Shown: positions 27,977-37,392, counted from the first letter of the stretch. The stretch is 64,000 nt of DNA from Terracidiphilus sp. (GCA_049514915.1 JBEKUP010000014.1:27887-91886); one strand, 5' to 3'. The notes: generated from the letters alone by a model not told the origin. Program-made: numbers and translations.

Positions 27977-29005
27977 ATGCCACTTCTCGAACAACTCGGA
28001 GTTGTAACTACTCACTCTGGGGTTTTGGTCCTTATAGACACTGGATATTTGAAGTTGTGGTCCCATGATCGGGTCCCTGAAATGCCTACGGGCGTTCTCT
28101 CAGATGAGGTAGCAACCCAGCGGGCGAATTCATTTGTTGATCTCAGGATTGTCGGAACAGATGCGGAACGCGCAGGGCGGCTCCTTGACATGTCGTGGAA
28201 CCCCTTTTACGTCTACGATCAGCCACCAACGAACGTAGAATTGCGAAGCAAACTCGATAAGATCGTCTCGGAACATGATCTGGACGCACGTTTTGAAGTT
28301 GTAAATCCGCGTATTTCCCACCGGCAACGGGTAGACCTTGCCATCAGACAAGGCAATGGTGCCGGAGAGGTTCAGTTTCACGGTGTCTGGGCTGTGGCTG
28401 TTAGCGGGGTTCCAGCAGGGGAACCGCTTCGGGTCGTGGGAGAGCGTTGTGACGAGCAGAATCCAGATAGGTGGAGACGCGTGGTCATTCAATGCCGACC
28501 TGGCGAGCAATTTGTCGACTCCCACTCAGTCGGGCTCGTGGGTGTCGATTATGCTCGGATGTTGATCGCCGATGTGGATGTGCTGGGCCTCTGGAAGCAT
28601 AACGAGTCAATCGATGGATTAGCCGACTTCTTATTCTGGGGGCGCGACGCTGAACAAATCGCAGGGAAGCTCAAGGTCCCTCGTGTTGGAGACAGTGAGT
28701 TTGGGTGGGTTGATGTGCCAGTTGAAGAGGCTGCGAAGAATGGAATCGCAGTGCAGAAATACAGGGACGCGCGCTCCCTCAAGGTCGCTGTCGACTTCCG
28801 TCCTCATTCCCACCACTGGCAAGTAATGAAACCAATAAGAGAAAACGATCCAACGGAATCGAGCACGACGGAGATAGGTAATGAGAAGGTCTGCAACTTT
28901 ATGACGACTTGGGGCGACGGGTTGTTCCAGGTCTTTCGGGACTTGGACAACGCGGGCCAACTCGTTCAGATTCGGATCGAAATGGAAACAATACCGGATG
29001 CCTAG
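27977..29005 (+). CDS. Hypothetical protein, DUF4241-like C-terminal half (tentative)
   Basis: 342-aa ORF in a visibly AT-richer patch. 'GVLVLIDTGYL', 'VGLVGVDYARMLIAD' and the C-terminal 'FMTTWGDGLFQVFRDLDNAGQLVQIRIEM' recall the GDGxYP-type ending of DUF4241 proteins. Family name from memory only. Confidence 0.55.
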   Translation: MPLLEQLGVVTTHSGVLVLIDTGYLKLWSHDRVPEMPTGVLSDEVATQRANSFVDLRIVGTDAERAGRLLDMSWNPFYVYDQPPTNVELRSKLDKIVSEHDLDARFEVVNPRISHRQRVDLAIRQGNGAGEVQFHGVWAVAVSGVPAGEPLRVVGERCDEQNPDRWRRVVIQCRPGEQFVDSHSVGLVGVDYARMLIADVDVLGLWKHNESIDGLADFLFWGRDAEQIAGKLKVPRVGDSEFGWVDVPVEEAAKNGIAVQKYRDARSLKVAVDFRPHSHHWQVMKPIRENDPTESSTTEIGNEKVCNFMTTWGDGLFQVFRDLDNAGQLVQIRIEMETIPDA

Positions 29006-29125
29006 CCGTTGAAGTAAATGCGGCAAAGCTCATTGACGGTTTCATGTAGTTGTGCCAGATTCGAAAACCCGCCTCACCACACAATCCCTTGCATTCCAAG
29101 CCAAATGGCGCGATAATCAAGCCAG

Positions 29126-29569
29126 GTGGCCGATATGAGCATCGCCGACATCGTCGAAGTCCTGGGTGGCCTGAAAATCTTCGCCCACCCAATCCAAAAA
29201 TCGGACGAACTGGTCGCGCAGGTCCGCGCCGGCCTTCCTGCCGCCACCGTTACCATGCTGGCCGAGTCGCTCTCCATTAAGCGAGATCAGGTAGCCAAGC
29301 GCCTCAACATTCCGGCCCGTACCCTGAGCCGCCGTCTCGCCACAAAGTCCCGCCTCACCCACGACGAGTCGGACCGCACATTGCGTATGGCAAAGGTCGT
29401 CGCCCTGGCCAACGAAGTGTTGGGCGCGGAAGACAAGGCCTCCCGCTGGATGGTGAAGCCGAACCGCGCTCTGGGCGGCAAGATCCCCTTCGATCAGCTC
29501 GATACGGAACTCGGCGTGCAGTCGGTGGAGCAAATCCTCTACGCTATCGCCTACGGAATGTATAGCTGA
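29126..29569 (+). CDS. Xre/MbcA/ParS-like antitoxin (DUF2384 C-terminal domain), module 1
   Basis: 147 aa. 'DESDRTLRMAKVVALANEVLGAEDKASRWMVKPNRALGGKIPFDQLDTELGVQSVEQILYAIAYGMY' is the DUF2384 signature. The stop abuts the RES gene start (TGATG). Confidence 0.85.
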   Translation: MADMSIADIVEVLGGLKIFAHPIQKSDELVAQVRAGLPAATVTMLAESLSIKRDQVAKRLNIPARTLSRRLATKSRLTHDESDRTLRMAKVVALANEVLGAEDKASRWMVKPNRALGGKIPFDQLDTELGVQSVEQILYAIAYGMYS

Positions 29570-30024
29570 TGCAGGTGTTTCGGATTTTTCCGGCGCGCTA
29601 TCGCTCCACGGCCTTCACCGGCATTGGCGGACTCTACGCAGCCAGGCGCTGGAATCACTTGGGCGCTGCGATGGTTTACTGCGCCACTTCGCGCGCGCTC
29701 GCGGCTATGGAATTCTTCGTCAACCTGGAGCCGATCGATGCGCCCGACGACCTGCTGATGGCAGGCGCAACCGTTCCCGACGACATTGCCGAAGAACTCA
29801 ACCTGTCTCTACTGCCGTCCAACTGGCGCGAACTCGATAACCTCGCCTGCCGTGACCTCGGTTCCAACTGGGTAAAGGCCGCGCGCTCAGCAGCGCTCCT
29901 GGTCCCCTCCGTAGTTGTAGACGGCGACTGGAACGTACTCCTGAATCCCGCCCACGCCGATTTCAACAAGGTCGCCGTAGCCGAACCGATACCTTTCCGT
30001 TTCGATCCCCGCATGTTCCGCTGA
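29569..30024 (+). CDS. RES-domain toxin (MbcT/ParT-like NAD+-targeting family), module 1
   Basis: 151 aa. R/E/S signature 'AARRWNHLGAAMVYCATSRALAAMEF' and 'ALLVPSVVVDGDWNVLLNPAHADF'. Confidence 0.85.
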   Translation: MQVFRIFPARYRSTAFTGIGGLYAARRWNHLGAAMVYCATSRALAAMEFFVNLEPIDAPDDLLMAGATVPDDIAEELNLSLLPSNWRELDNLACRDLGSNWVKAARSAALLVPSVVVDGDWNVLLNPAHADFNKVAVAEPIPFRFDPRMFR

Positions 30025-30141
30025 AACCCGAAAAAACGCGAACCATGCAAGGCACTCATCGCCATGAGCGCGCCCGCGTTTCCAACAGCCCCATCACGCC
30101 CGCCCCTGTAAAATCAACTTGAAACCCGCTCTATCCCGGCC

Positions 30142-31290
30142 TTGGAGGGCTCTTTGCTTTACTGGCTGCTCTACCAAAAGCTCTATCCGTTCTTTCACCC
30201 GTTCCGGATTTTCCGCTATCTTACTTTCCGCACCGCCTTCGCTTCGCTCACGGCGCTGCTCATCGCCATGTTCATTGGCCCATGGGTCATCCAGAAACTG
30301 CGCGAGTTTCAAATCGGCCAGTACGTCCGCGAAGACGGCCCCCAGTCGCATCTGAAAAAAACCGGCACTCCCACCATGGGCGGCATTCTCATTGTCATCG
30401 CCATCCTGCTGCCCACGGTGCTTTGGTCAGACCCATCCGACCCCTTCGTCTGGATCCCGGTCTTCTCGACCCTCGCCTTCGGCGCCATCGGTTTCGCCGA
30501 CGACTACATCAAGGTGGTCCAGCGCCGCAGCCTTGGCCTCACCGCGCGCGCCAAGCTCTTCTGGCAGGGAGTGGCCAGCACCATCGTTGCCATTGCCCTC
30601 GTGGTTCTCGACCAGTTCAGTTTCTTTTCCACGCGTCTCACAGTGCCCTTCATCAAGAGTTGGCGTCCCGACCTGCAATGGCATCTTTGGCCCGCCACCG
30701 TCCCCCATCTCGCGTGGCTCGCCTTCATCCCCTTCGTCATCTTCATCGTTCTTGTGCTCACGCTTTCATCCAACGCCGTCAACTTGACCGACGGCCTCGA
30801 TGGCCTGGCCATTGGCTGCACCATCATCGCCGCGGGCGCGCTTGCCGTGCTCACTTACGTCAGCGGCCACGTCGTCTTTGCCGACTACCTTGAACTGCAG
30901 CGCATGCCTTTGGTCGGCGAACTCACTGTCTTTTGCGGCTCCATGGTCGGCGCGTCCATCGGTTTCCTCTGGTACAACGCACACCCCGCCGAAATCTTCA
31001 TGGGCGACGTCGGTTCGCTCGCCCTCGGCGGCGCAATCGGCACCGTCGCCATCGTCATCCGTCAGGAACTGCTGCTGCCATTCATCGGCGGCGTCTTCCT
31101 GCTTGAAGCGGCTTCTGTCATCCTTCAGGTAGGCAGCTATAAACTACGCAAGAAGCGTATCTTCAAAATGGCCCCGCTTCATCACCACTTCGAGCAACTA
31201 GGCTGGAGTGAATCCAAAGTCATTGTCCGTTTCTGGATCAGCGCACTGGTGTTTGCATTGTTTGCACTCACCACCCTTAAACTCCGTTAG
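30142..31290 (+). CDS. mraY: Phospho-N-acetylmuramoyl-pentapeptide transferase
   Basis: 'LLYWLLYQKLYPFFHPFRIFRYLTFRTAFA', 'KKTGTPTMGG', 'NAVNLTDGLDGLA', 'MGDVGSLALGG', 'APLHHHFE'. The start is TTG 30142 or TTG 30154. Confidence 0.93.
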   Translation: MEGSLLYWLLYQKLYPFFHPFRIFRYLTFRTAFASLTALLIAMFIGPWVIQKLREFQIGQYVREDGPQSHLKKTGTPTMGGILIVIAILLPTVLWSDPSDPFVWIPVFSTLAFGAIGFADDYIKVVQRRSLGLTARAKLFWQGVASTIVAIALVVLDQFSFFSTRLTVPFIKSWRPDLQWHLWPATVPHLAWLAFIPFVIFIVLVLTLSSNAVNLTDGLDGLAIGCTIIAAGALAVLTYVSGHVVFADYLELQRMPLVGELTVFCGSMVGASIGFLWYNAHPAEIFMGDVGSLALGGAIGTVAIVIRQELLLPFIGGVFLLEAASVILQVGSYKLRKKRIFKMAPLHHHFEQLGWSESKVIVRFWISALVFALFALTTLKLR

Positions 31291-31358
31291 ACAAGGTCCG
31301 CGCCGCCGCCTCGCGGTGCACAATACAAGTAGGCGCGGTTCGCAGGAGCCACTTCAGT

Positions 31359-32753
31359 ATGGAACTAAAAGGCAAGAAAGTTCTGGTCGTGGGACTGGGC
31401 AAGTCCGGTCTTGCGGCGGCCCTGTTTCTACGCCATCGCGGCGCCCATGTTACGGTCTCCGACGTGCGCAGCGCGGAGGCGCTGGCCAAGGAACTCCCCG
31501 CCCTGCTTGAAGAGGGCATTATGGTGGAAACCGGCGGCCACGGCCTGCTCACATTCCGCCGCCAGGACCTCATCGTCGTCAGCCCCGGCGTTCCGCTAAA
31601 CACGCCGGAACTCGCCCAGGTTAAAAGCTTCGGCCTGCCCGTCATCGGTGAACTCGAACTCGCCGCCCGCTTCCTCAAAGGCAAAATCCTCGCCATCACC
31701 GGCTCCAACGGCAAAACCACCACCACCGCGCTGGTCGGCGAAATCCTCGATGCGGCCGGCCTGCCCACGCTGGTCGGCGGCAACATTGGCGTGCCCGTTG
31801 TAGCCCTCATCGACCCCAGCACCGATCAGACCTGGTCCGTCCTTGAAGTCTCCAGCTTCCAGCTTGAGAGCACCGCCAAATTCCATCCCAGCATCGCCGT
31901 CATTCTCAATATCACTCCTGACCACCTCGACCGCCACGGCACCTTCGAAAATTACGCGCTGGCCAAGGAGCGCATCTTCGCCTCGCAAAATGAGAACGAC
32001 TACCTGGTTCTGAACGCCGACAACATCCGCGCAGCTGAGGCTGCAACCCGATCCTCGGCCCAGGTCTATCTGTTCTCACTCGAGCATCCGGTCCCGCAAG
32101 GCGCCTGGCTTGAAGATGGATTCGTGGTCTTCCGCTCAGCGTCCGATGCGCCCATCGAGAAAATCGTGCCACTCGCCGGAATTCCCCTCAAAGGCGCACA
32201 CAACATCGAGAACGTTCTCGCCGCCGTATGCGCCGCTCGCCTCGCTGGTGCTTCGGCCGAGTCCATTCGCCAGGCCGTCGAAAACTTCCGCGCCGTCGAG
32301 CACCGTCTCGAATACGTCGCCACCATCAACGGCGTTGAGTACTACAACGATTCCAAGGCCACCAACGTCGACGCCACCCTGAAGGCCGTCGCCTCCTTCA
32401 ACTCCGGCATTCATCTCATTCTCGGCGGAAAAGACAAAGGCTCTGACTACACCCAGCTTGCCGACCTGCTCCGTACTCGCGTCCGCGCCGTTTACACCAT
32501 CGGAACCGCCGCCGCCAAAATCGAGTCGCAATTGCGAGGCGTCATCACCATCCAATCCTGCGAGACCCTGGACAAGGCAGTCAACATGGCGGCCAATGCC
32601 GCGCATCCCGGGGATATCGTGCTTCTGGCTCCCGCCTGCTCCAGCTTCGATCAGTTCGAAAGCTACGAGCACCGTGGCCGCGTCTTCAAGCAGCTCGTCA
32701 GCGACCGGCGCGGACTCACCTCTGCACCCGTCGCCGTTGTTCGCAATAACTAG
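31359..32753 (+). CDS. murD: UDP-N-acetylmuramoylalanine--D-glutamate ligase
   Basis: 464 aa. 'VVGLGKSGLAAA', 'ITGSNGKTTTTA', 'NITPDHLDRH', 'NDSKATN'. Confidence 0.93.
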   Translation: MELKGKKVLVVGLGKSGLAAALFLRHRGAHVTVSDVRSAEALAKELPALLEEGIMVETGGHGLLTFRRQDLIVVSPGVPLNTPELAQVKSFGLPVIGELELAARFLKGKILAITGSNGKTTTTALVGEILDAAGLPTLVGGNIGVPVVALIDPSTDQTWSVLEVSSFQLESTAKFHPSIAVILNITPDHLDRHGTFENYALAKERIFASQNENDYLVLNADNIRAAEAATRSSAQVYLFSLEHPVPQGAWLEDGFVVFRSASDAPIEKIVPLAGIPLKGAHNIENVLAAVCAARLAGASAESIRQAVENFRAVEHRLEYVATINGVEYYNDSKATNVDATLKAVASFNSGIHLILGGKDKGSDYTQLADLLRTRVRAVYTIGTAAAKIESQLRGVITIQSCETLDKAVNMAANAAHPGDIVLLAPACSSFDQFESYEHRGRVFKQLVSDRRGLTSAPVAVVRNN

Positions 32754-32829
32754 CGCCGGCTTTCGTTCGCAGAAAGCCGTCCGCTGATAACCAGAAACCT
32801 CCCGCGCAGGGAAGAACCGGTTCAATCGC

Positions 32830-33921
32830 ATGGCAAAACTTGTAGGGGTCGACAAGTGGATGTTCTTCACCACCCTGCTGCTGGTGGTGGCTGGGCTGGT
32901 CATGGTCTTTTCCGCCTCGGCCGTGGTCGCCCAGGAGCGCTTCAACTCCCCGTACACCTTTGTTGGCAAACAGTCCCTCTGGGCTCTGGCCGGCGTGTTG
33001 ATCATGCTCGTCCTCATGCATGTCGACTACACCGTCTACAACTCGCCCCGCTTCATCTATCCCGCTCTTTGCGTCACCACACTTCTGCTTGTCCTGGTCT
33101 TCTTCTTTCCCTCGTCGCACAACACCCATCGCTGGATACATTTTGGCCCCTTCACCCTGCAACCCTCTGAAATCGCCAAGCCAGCGCTCATCCTGTTTCT
33201 CGCCTGGTTTCTCTCCACGCGGCTTGACCTAATGCGCGACTGGAAGCATACGCTGCTGCGTGCGGCCGTTATGCCCGTTGTTTTTATTCTGCTCATCGTC
33301 AAGCAGCCTGACCTCGGCACCGCGCTGGTTCTCTGCGGCGTCACCGCCATGATGCTGCTGCTCGCCGGCATGGAATGGAAATACCTGGGCTTCGGCGCGC
33401 TCGCGGCCCTCCCAGGTCTCGCCGCGCTGCTCTTCATGGTCGCCTGGCGCCGTCAGCGCATGCTGGTCTTCCTCAATCCCGAATCCGACCCGCAGGGCGC
33501 AGGCTTCCACATCAACCAGTCGCTCATCGCCGTCGGCACCGGCGGGCTCACCGGCCGCGGCTACATGGAAGGCGTGCAAAAGCTCTTCTACCTGCCTGAG
33601 GCGCACACCGACTTCATATTCGCCAATATCGCGGAGGAACTCGGCTTCATCGGCGCCATCGCCATCGTCGTACTCTTCATCGTGTTCGGGGTCCGCGGCC
33701 TGCGCGCTACATTCCGCTCCCAGGACCCCTTTGCCCGCCTCGCCGCCTTCGGCATCACCACCACAATCCTGCTGCAGGCCTTCTTCAACATCAGCGTGGT
33801 GCTCTCGCTCGTCCCCACCAAGGGAATACCCCTGCCGCTCATCTCCTTCGGCGGCACGTCGATCTTCTGCACCCTGGCCAGCATCGGCATCCTGCTCAAT
33901 ATCACCAAAAAAGCCGACTGA
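32830..33921 (+). CDS. ftsW: Peptidoglycan glycosyltransferase FtsW (SEDS family)
   Basis: 363 aa, polytopic. 'FTLQPSEIAKPALILFLA', 'QPDLGTA', 'LPEAHTDFIFA', 'GIPLPLISFGGTS'. Position between murD and murG. Confidence 0.9.
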   Translation: MAKLVGVDKWMFFTTLLLVVAGLVMVFSASAVVAQERFNSPYTFVGKQSLWALAGVLIMLVLMHVDYTVYNSPRFIYPALCVTTLLLVLVFFFPSSHNTHRWIHFGPFTLQPSEIAKPALILFLAWFLSTRLDLMRDWKHTLLRAAVMPVVFILLIVKQPDLGTALVLCGVTAMMLLLAGMEWKYLGFGALAALPGLAALLFMVAWRRQRMLVFLNPESDPQGAGFHINQSLIAVGTGGLTGRGYMEGVQKLFYLPEAHTDFIFANIAEELGFIGAIAIVVLFIVFGVRGLRATFRSQDPFARLAAFGITTTILLQAFFNISVVLSLVPTKGIPLPLISFGGTSIFCTLASIGILLNITKKAD

Positions 33922-34117
33922 TCCCGCATCCTGCACGATCCAGATGGTTTCTCTCGCCCGTGCTCAGCTAAACCGTTTTACAGGCGCGGATACAGCACTT
34001 TCGGGTGATCATCTCTCCCCTCCGCCTTGTTATCATTGATTCAGGCAGGCAGGTCTTTATCGATCCGATCTGTTCCAAACAGCTTCCCCCCTGCATTTAG
34101 ATTCGAGAGGCAAAAGC

Positions 34118-35251
34118 TTGACGGAACTACGCGTTCTGATAGCCGGAGGCGGAACCGGCGGGCATATTATTCCAGCGCTTGCCGTGGCCAACGAGCTGGT
34201 CGTTCGCCACGGAGCTGAAGTGTTGTTTGTGGGCACCCAGCGCGGTATGGAAATTCGCCTGGTGCCCGATGCAGGCTTCAGTCTCCGCCTCATCGATGTG
34301 GGCCCGCTCAATAGAGTTTCGCTCGCCACGCGCATCCGCACCCTTATCGATCTGCCCCGCAGCATCATGGCCTGCCGGCGGCTGATCCGCGAATTCCGCC
34401 CTAGCGTCGTTTTCGGCGTGGGCGGCTTCGCCTCCGGACCCGCCGTAGCCGCGGCGCTCCAGCTCAAAATACCCACCATGGCCTTCGAGCCCAATGCCAT
34501 CCCTGGTCTTGCTAACCGGCTCGTCGGCATGAAGGTCCAGGCTGCGGCCGTCAACTTTCCCTCCGCGTGTGCCTGGTTCCGCAACTGCGAGGTTACCGGC
34601 ATCCCGGTCCGTCCCGAGTTCTTCGCCCTCGCTCCCCCCGCCTCGCCCAACCCTCATCTGCTGGTCTTCGGGGGATCTCAGGGTGCGCGCATCTTCAACC
34701 AGAATCTCCCGCGCATCATTGCGGCACTCCTAAACGCAGTTCCCGGGCTTACCGTGCTCCACCAGAGCGGCCAGCGCCACGCCGCGCAAACATTTGCCGA
34801 CTACGCCGCCAGCGGCGCCAATCCCGACCGCTGGCAGGTCAGGCCCTTTCTTGACGACATGCCCGCCTGCTTCGCCCTCGCCAACCTGGTCCTTGCCCGC
34901 AGCGGAGCTTCCACGGTGGCCGAGCTGGCTGCCGCCGGCAAGCCCGCTTTGCTGGTACCTTTCGCTGCAGCCACCGATGAACACCAGAAGCGCAATGCGG
35001 AGGCCATGGTCAACGCCGGCGCAGCCGTCATGTTGCAGGAGCCTGACCTCGAAGTCCCCGGCGCTCTTCTTTCTCAGCTGACAGGCCTGCTTCACGAGCC
35101 GGCTCGGCTCGCTGCCATGTCCGCCGCCGCTCGCCCTCTGGCCCACCCCGCCGCCGCCGAAAGCATCGCCAATCGTCTGGTCGCCCTCTCCGGCAACAAA
35201 GCCCTCCCCCAGGCAGCGCATCGTCTGATCCCGCACGATGGGGAAGCATAA
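34118..35251 (+). CDS. murG: UDP-N-acetylglucosamine--N-acetylmuramyl-(pentapeptide) pyrophosphoryl-undecaprenol GlcNAc transferase
   Basis: 377 aa with a TTG start. 'IAGGGTGGHIIPALAVA', 'GGFASGP', 'ARSGASTVAELAAAGKPALLVP', 'DEHQKRNA'. Confidence 0.92.
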   Translation: MTELRVLIAGGGTGGHIIPALAVANELVVRHGAEVLFVGTQRGMEIRLVPDAGFSLRLIDVGPLNRVSLATRIRTLIDLPRSIMACRRLIREFRPSVVFGVGGFASGPAVAAALQLKIPTMAFEPNAIPGLANRLVGMKVQAAAVNFPSACAWFRNCEVTGIPVRPEFFALAPPASPNPHLLVFGGSQGARIFNQNLPRIIAALLNAVPGLTVLHQSGQRHAAQTFADYAASGANPDRWQVRPFLDDMPACFALANLVLARSGASTVAELAAAGKPALLVPFAAATDEHQKRNAEAMVNAGAAVMLQEPDLEVPGALLSQLTGLLHEPARLAAMSAAARPLAHPAAAESIANRLVALSGNKALPQAAHRLIPHDGEA

Positions 35252-35270
35252 AGCCATTGTGCGCAACAGC

Positions 35271-35306
35271 AAAAAGGTCCGTCTGCTTAAGCAGACGGAC
35301 CTTTTT
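35271..35306. terminator. Bidirectional Rho-independent terminator between murG and the convergent Gly-rich gene
   Basis: AAAAA-GGTCCGTCTGC-TTAA-GCAGACGGACC-TTTTT: a perfect 11-bp stem with a 4-nt loop, flanked by A and T runs. Confidence 0.85.
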
Positions 35307-35329
35307 GTGTAACTATCGATCTAACTAAT

Positions 35330-35839
35330 TTACCGGTGACCGCCGCCACCGCCGTGTCCGCCGCCGCCACCTGCATGGCCCGCGAACCCGCCTCGTGCGC
35401 CGCCGCTAAATCCGCCGCGTGCTACCGGTGCTCCACCGCGCACTCCGCCGGCCCCGACTCCACCGCGCACCCCGCCAGCGTAACCATGGCCCGCATAACC
35501 ACCGCGACCGTAACCATACCCGCCATGACCGTAGCCCCAACCGCCACGGCCCCAACCGCCGCGGCCCCAACCGTGTCCCCAGCCCCAGCCGTACCACGGC
35601 CCGACACCGAGGAAAATGCCACCGCTAAACCATCCCGGCCCGTAATAGCCGTAAGGAGCGCAGGCGTAAGGGTAATAAGAGTAGTAGCCCCACTCGCAAG
35701 CCGGGGGACCATAAACCGCGGGCGCGTCAACCACCGCCGGACCGATGCCAACCCCCACAGCCACCTGGGCATTTGCCGATGCCGCCGCGAATGGCAGAGC
35801 CAGAACCATTGCGAACAGAACTAGGCGCGTGAACTTCAT
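35330..35839 (-). CDS. Secreted Gly/Trp/Tyr/Arg-rich low-complexity protein
   Basis: ATG 35839 follows GGGAGG. Signal peptide MKFTRLVLFAMVLALPFAAASANAQ, then 'PPACEWGYYSYYPYACAPYGYYGPGWF', then GWGWGHGWGRGGWGRGGWGYGHGGYGYGRGGY...GGGGGHGGGGGHR. The track maximum is 35941. Confidence 0.6.
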   Translation of the reverse strand: MKFTRLVLFAMVLALPFAAASANAQVAVGVGIGPAVVDAPAVYGPPACEWGYYSYYPYACAPYGYYGPGWFSGGIFLGVGPWYGWGWGHGWGRGGWGRGGWGYGHGGYGYGRGGYAGHGYAGGVRGGVGAGGVRGGAPVARGGFSGGARGGFAGHAGGGGGHGGGGGHR

Positions 35840-36128
35840 AAAGAACCTCCCTGGTGCCGCCCTTGCCCAGCCGAACCTGGAATCTGGGACTCGATGTGAA
35901 GCGTCGTTCTCAGCACCCTGCCGGTTGTGGGCTTTTCTCACCCATCCGGCTTCTGGTTATTAGAACAACAATCCAAGGTGAAAGTTGCGGTCTTTGTCTA
36001 AGAATCCTTCAACTTCGGCCAAACAACAAGGCCTTTTCCCAGATTGCTGCTTCAAGGGGGTTCTCCCCGGGCACTCCCGTCTCCTCCCAGGCCCCGAATG
36101 CCGCAAACCGAGTCGCTGCAAACCCAAC

Positions 36129-36160
36129 AAAAAAACGGCCCCTCCAGTTCGGAGAGGCCG
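36129..36160 (-). terminator. Rho-independent terminator (minus strand)
   Basis: The minus strand reads CGGCCTCTCC-GAACT-GGAGGGGCCG followed by TTTTTTT: a 10-bp stem with one G-U pair, about 160 nt downstream of the 36320 stop. Confidence 0.65.
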
Positions 36161-36319
36161 CTCGAGCGAAACCAGAGTAGCAGCAAGCCGGAGGCACAAT
36201 GCCAAGTGGTTTTTTCCTCAAGAAAAAAAACACATCGCACACTGTCTATTACGGCAGGTTTACTCTGGTTTCGCTCTCCTTGCAGGCAATCAGGCAGAGA
36301 GACCACCTGCGAAACAGGA

Positions 36320-36625
36320 TTACCGGCGGAAGCGCTCATAGCCACGCCCGGGAACAAAATGCCGGTCGAATACCGGTCCCCGGTCGTATCCGAACCGCGC
36401 AACCGGCCCGCCCACGCCCACGAAGTTCCAACGTCCCGGAATCCAGTACCCATTCGCCTGGTATCCGGCCACCCAAACGTATCCCGGTCCAGGGCAAGGC
36501 GGAACGTAGGCCACCGGTCCGCGCACATACACTCCGAATTCGGCTGCCTGGGCTGGCACTGCCGCCAGACCCATCGTGCCCGCCGCCACTGCTGCACCTA
36601 ACATCCAATTCCGCATGCTGCCCAT
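36320..36625 (-). CDS. Small secreted protein with YxWxxGxW-type aromatic repeats
   Basis: Start at ATG 36625 or 36616, after GGAGGAG. Signal peptide 'MRNWMLGAAVAAGTMGLAAVPAQAAE'. The mature part 'PPCPGPGYVWVAGYQANGYWIPGRWNFVG' resembles the N-terminal module of the neighbouring Gly-rich protein. The track maximum is 36829. Confidence 0.55.
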   Translation of the reverse strand: MGSMRNWMLGAAVAAGTMGLAAVPAQAAEFGVYVRGPVAYVPPCPGPGYVWVAGYQANGYWIPGRWNFVGVGGPVARFGYDRGPVFDRHFVPGRGYERFRR

Positions 36626-36896
36626 AACTCCTCCGTTCAGCCGGCCAAGTCTTTCAAGGGCCGGGCCGGCTGCTTCCTGTTGGAGACTTCCTTCCATCTG
36701 CCTCCCCGGCGCGCCGGTTATGTCCTGTGCAAACACCGCCCTATCAAAAGGTTGCGGCATCCGCTCAAAAATAAATGGGCGCAACTTTTCTCCGGTTCCC
36801 GTGTACAAAGCCCGGAGCGGAAACAGCACAGATCATCGCAATAGGTTCAAATGAACCCAGAATGTGGTTTATACTGGTACCGGAGGTATCCACATC

Positions 36897-37373
36897 ATGG
36901 CCGATGTTCATTTCGCCCGCGCTGCCGCCGCCCCAACTGCATCTTCGGAACGGGAAAAGCAGCACGGTCCCGGATCCCTGAGAGCATCCGGAGCCGTTAC
37001 GAATATCGCCGCCCTCACGCGGAACGCCCATCGCGGCATGGCCAAGTCGGATGCCGCCAAGCTCATCGGCAAAATTGCGGCCGTCACTTCCACGCCGGCT
37101 GGCAAAATGCGTGCGGAGCTCATACCCGACTCCACCTGGAAGCGCGCCCGCAAGACCCTTGGTCCCCAGGCCAGCCAGACCACCGCCCGCCTCAACCATG
37201 TTTTTGCTTTTGCGCAGCGAATCTGGGGCAATGAGCGCGATGCCGCTGAGTGGTTAGCCGCGCCGCATCTTGAATTGGCCGGCGCCACGCCCTGGTCCCT
37301 GCTCAGAACCGAGGCCGGTGGCCGCGCTGTCGAAGCCCTGTTGGGTGCTCTTGAATTCGGGTTTCCTGTTTAG
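36897..37373 (+). CDS. Xre/MbcA/ParS-like antitoxin (DUF2384 domain), module 2
   Basis: ATG 36897 lies 10 nt after GGAGG. C-terminus 'RLNHVFAFAQRIWGNERDAAEWLAAPHLELAGATPWSLLRTEAGGRAVEALLGALEFGF' is the DUF2384 pattern. Confidence 0.8.
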   Translation: MADVHFARAAAAPTASSEREKQHGPGSLRASGAVTNIAALTRNAHRGMAKSDAAKLIGKIAAVTSTPAGKMRAELIPDSTWKRARKTLGPQASQTTARLNHVFAFAQRIWGNERDAAEWLAAPHLELAGATPWSLLRTEAGGRAVEALLGALEFGFPV

Positions 37374-37392
37374 CCTCTGAGGGGTTTGCCTG

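Noticed and set aside
35336-36627. Plus-strand ORFs (35336-35824, 36044-36601, 36199-36627) opposite the two Gly/aromatic-rich genes
   Set aside because: The minus-strand frames have canonical signal peptides and strong RBSs. The plus-strand frames are Pro/Arg/Thr-rich mirror images of the low-complexity repeats.
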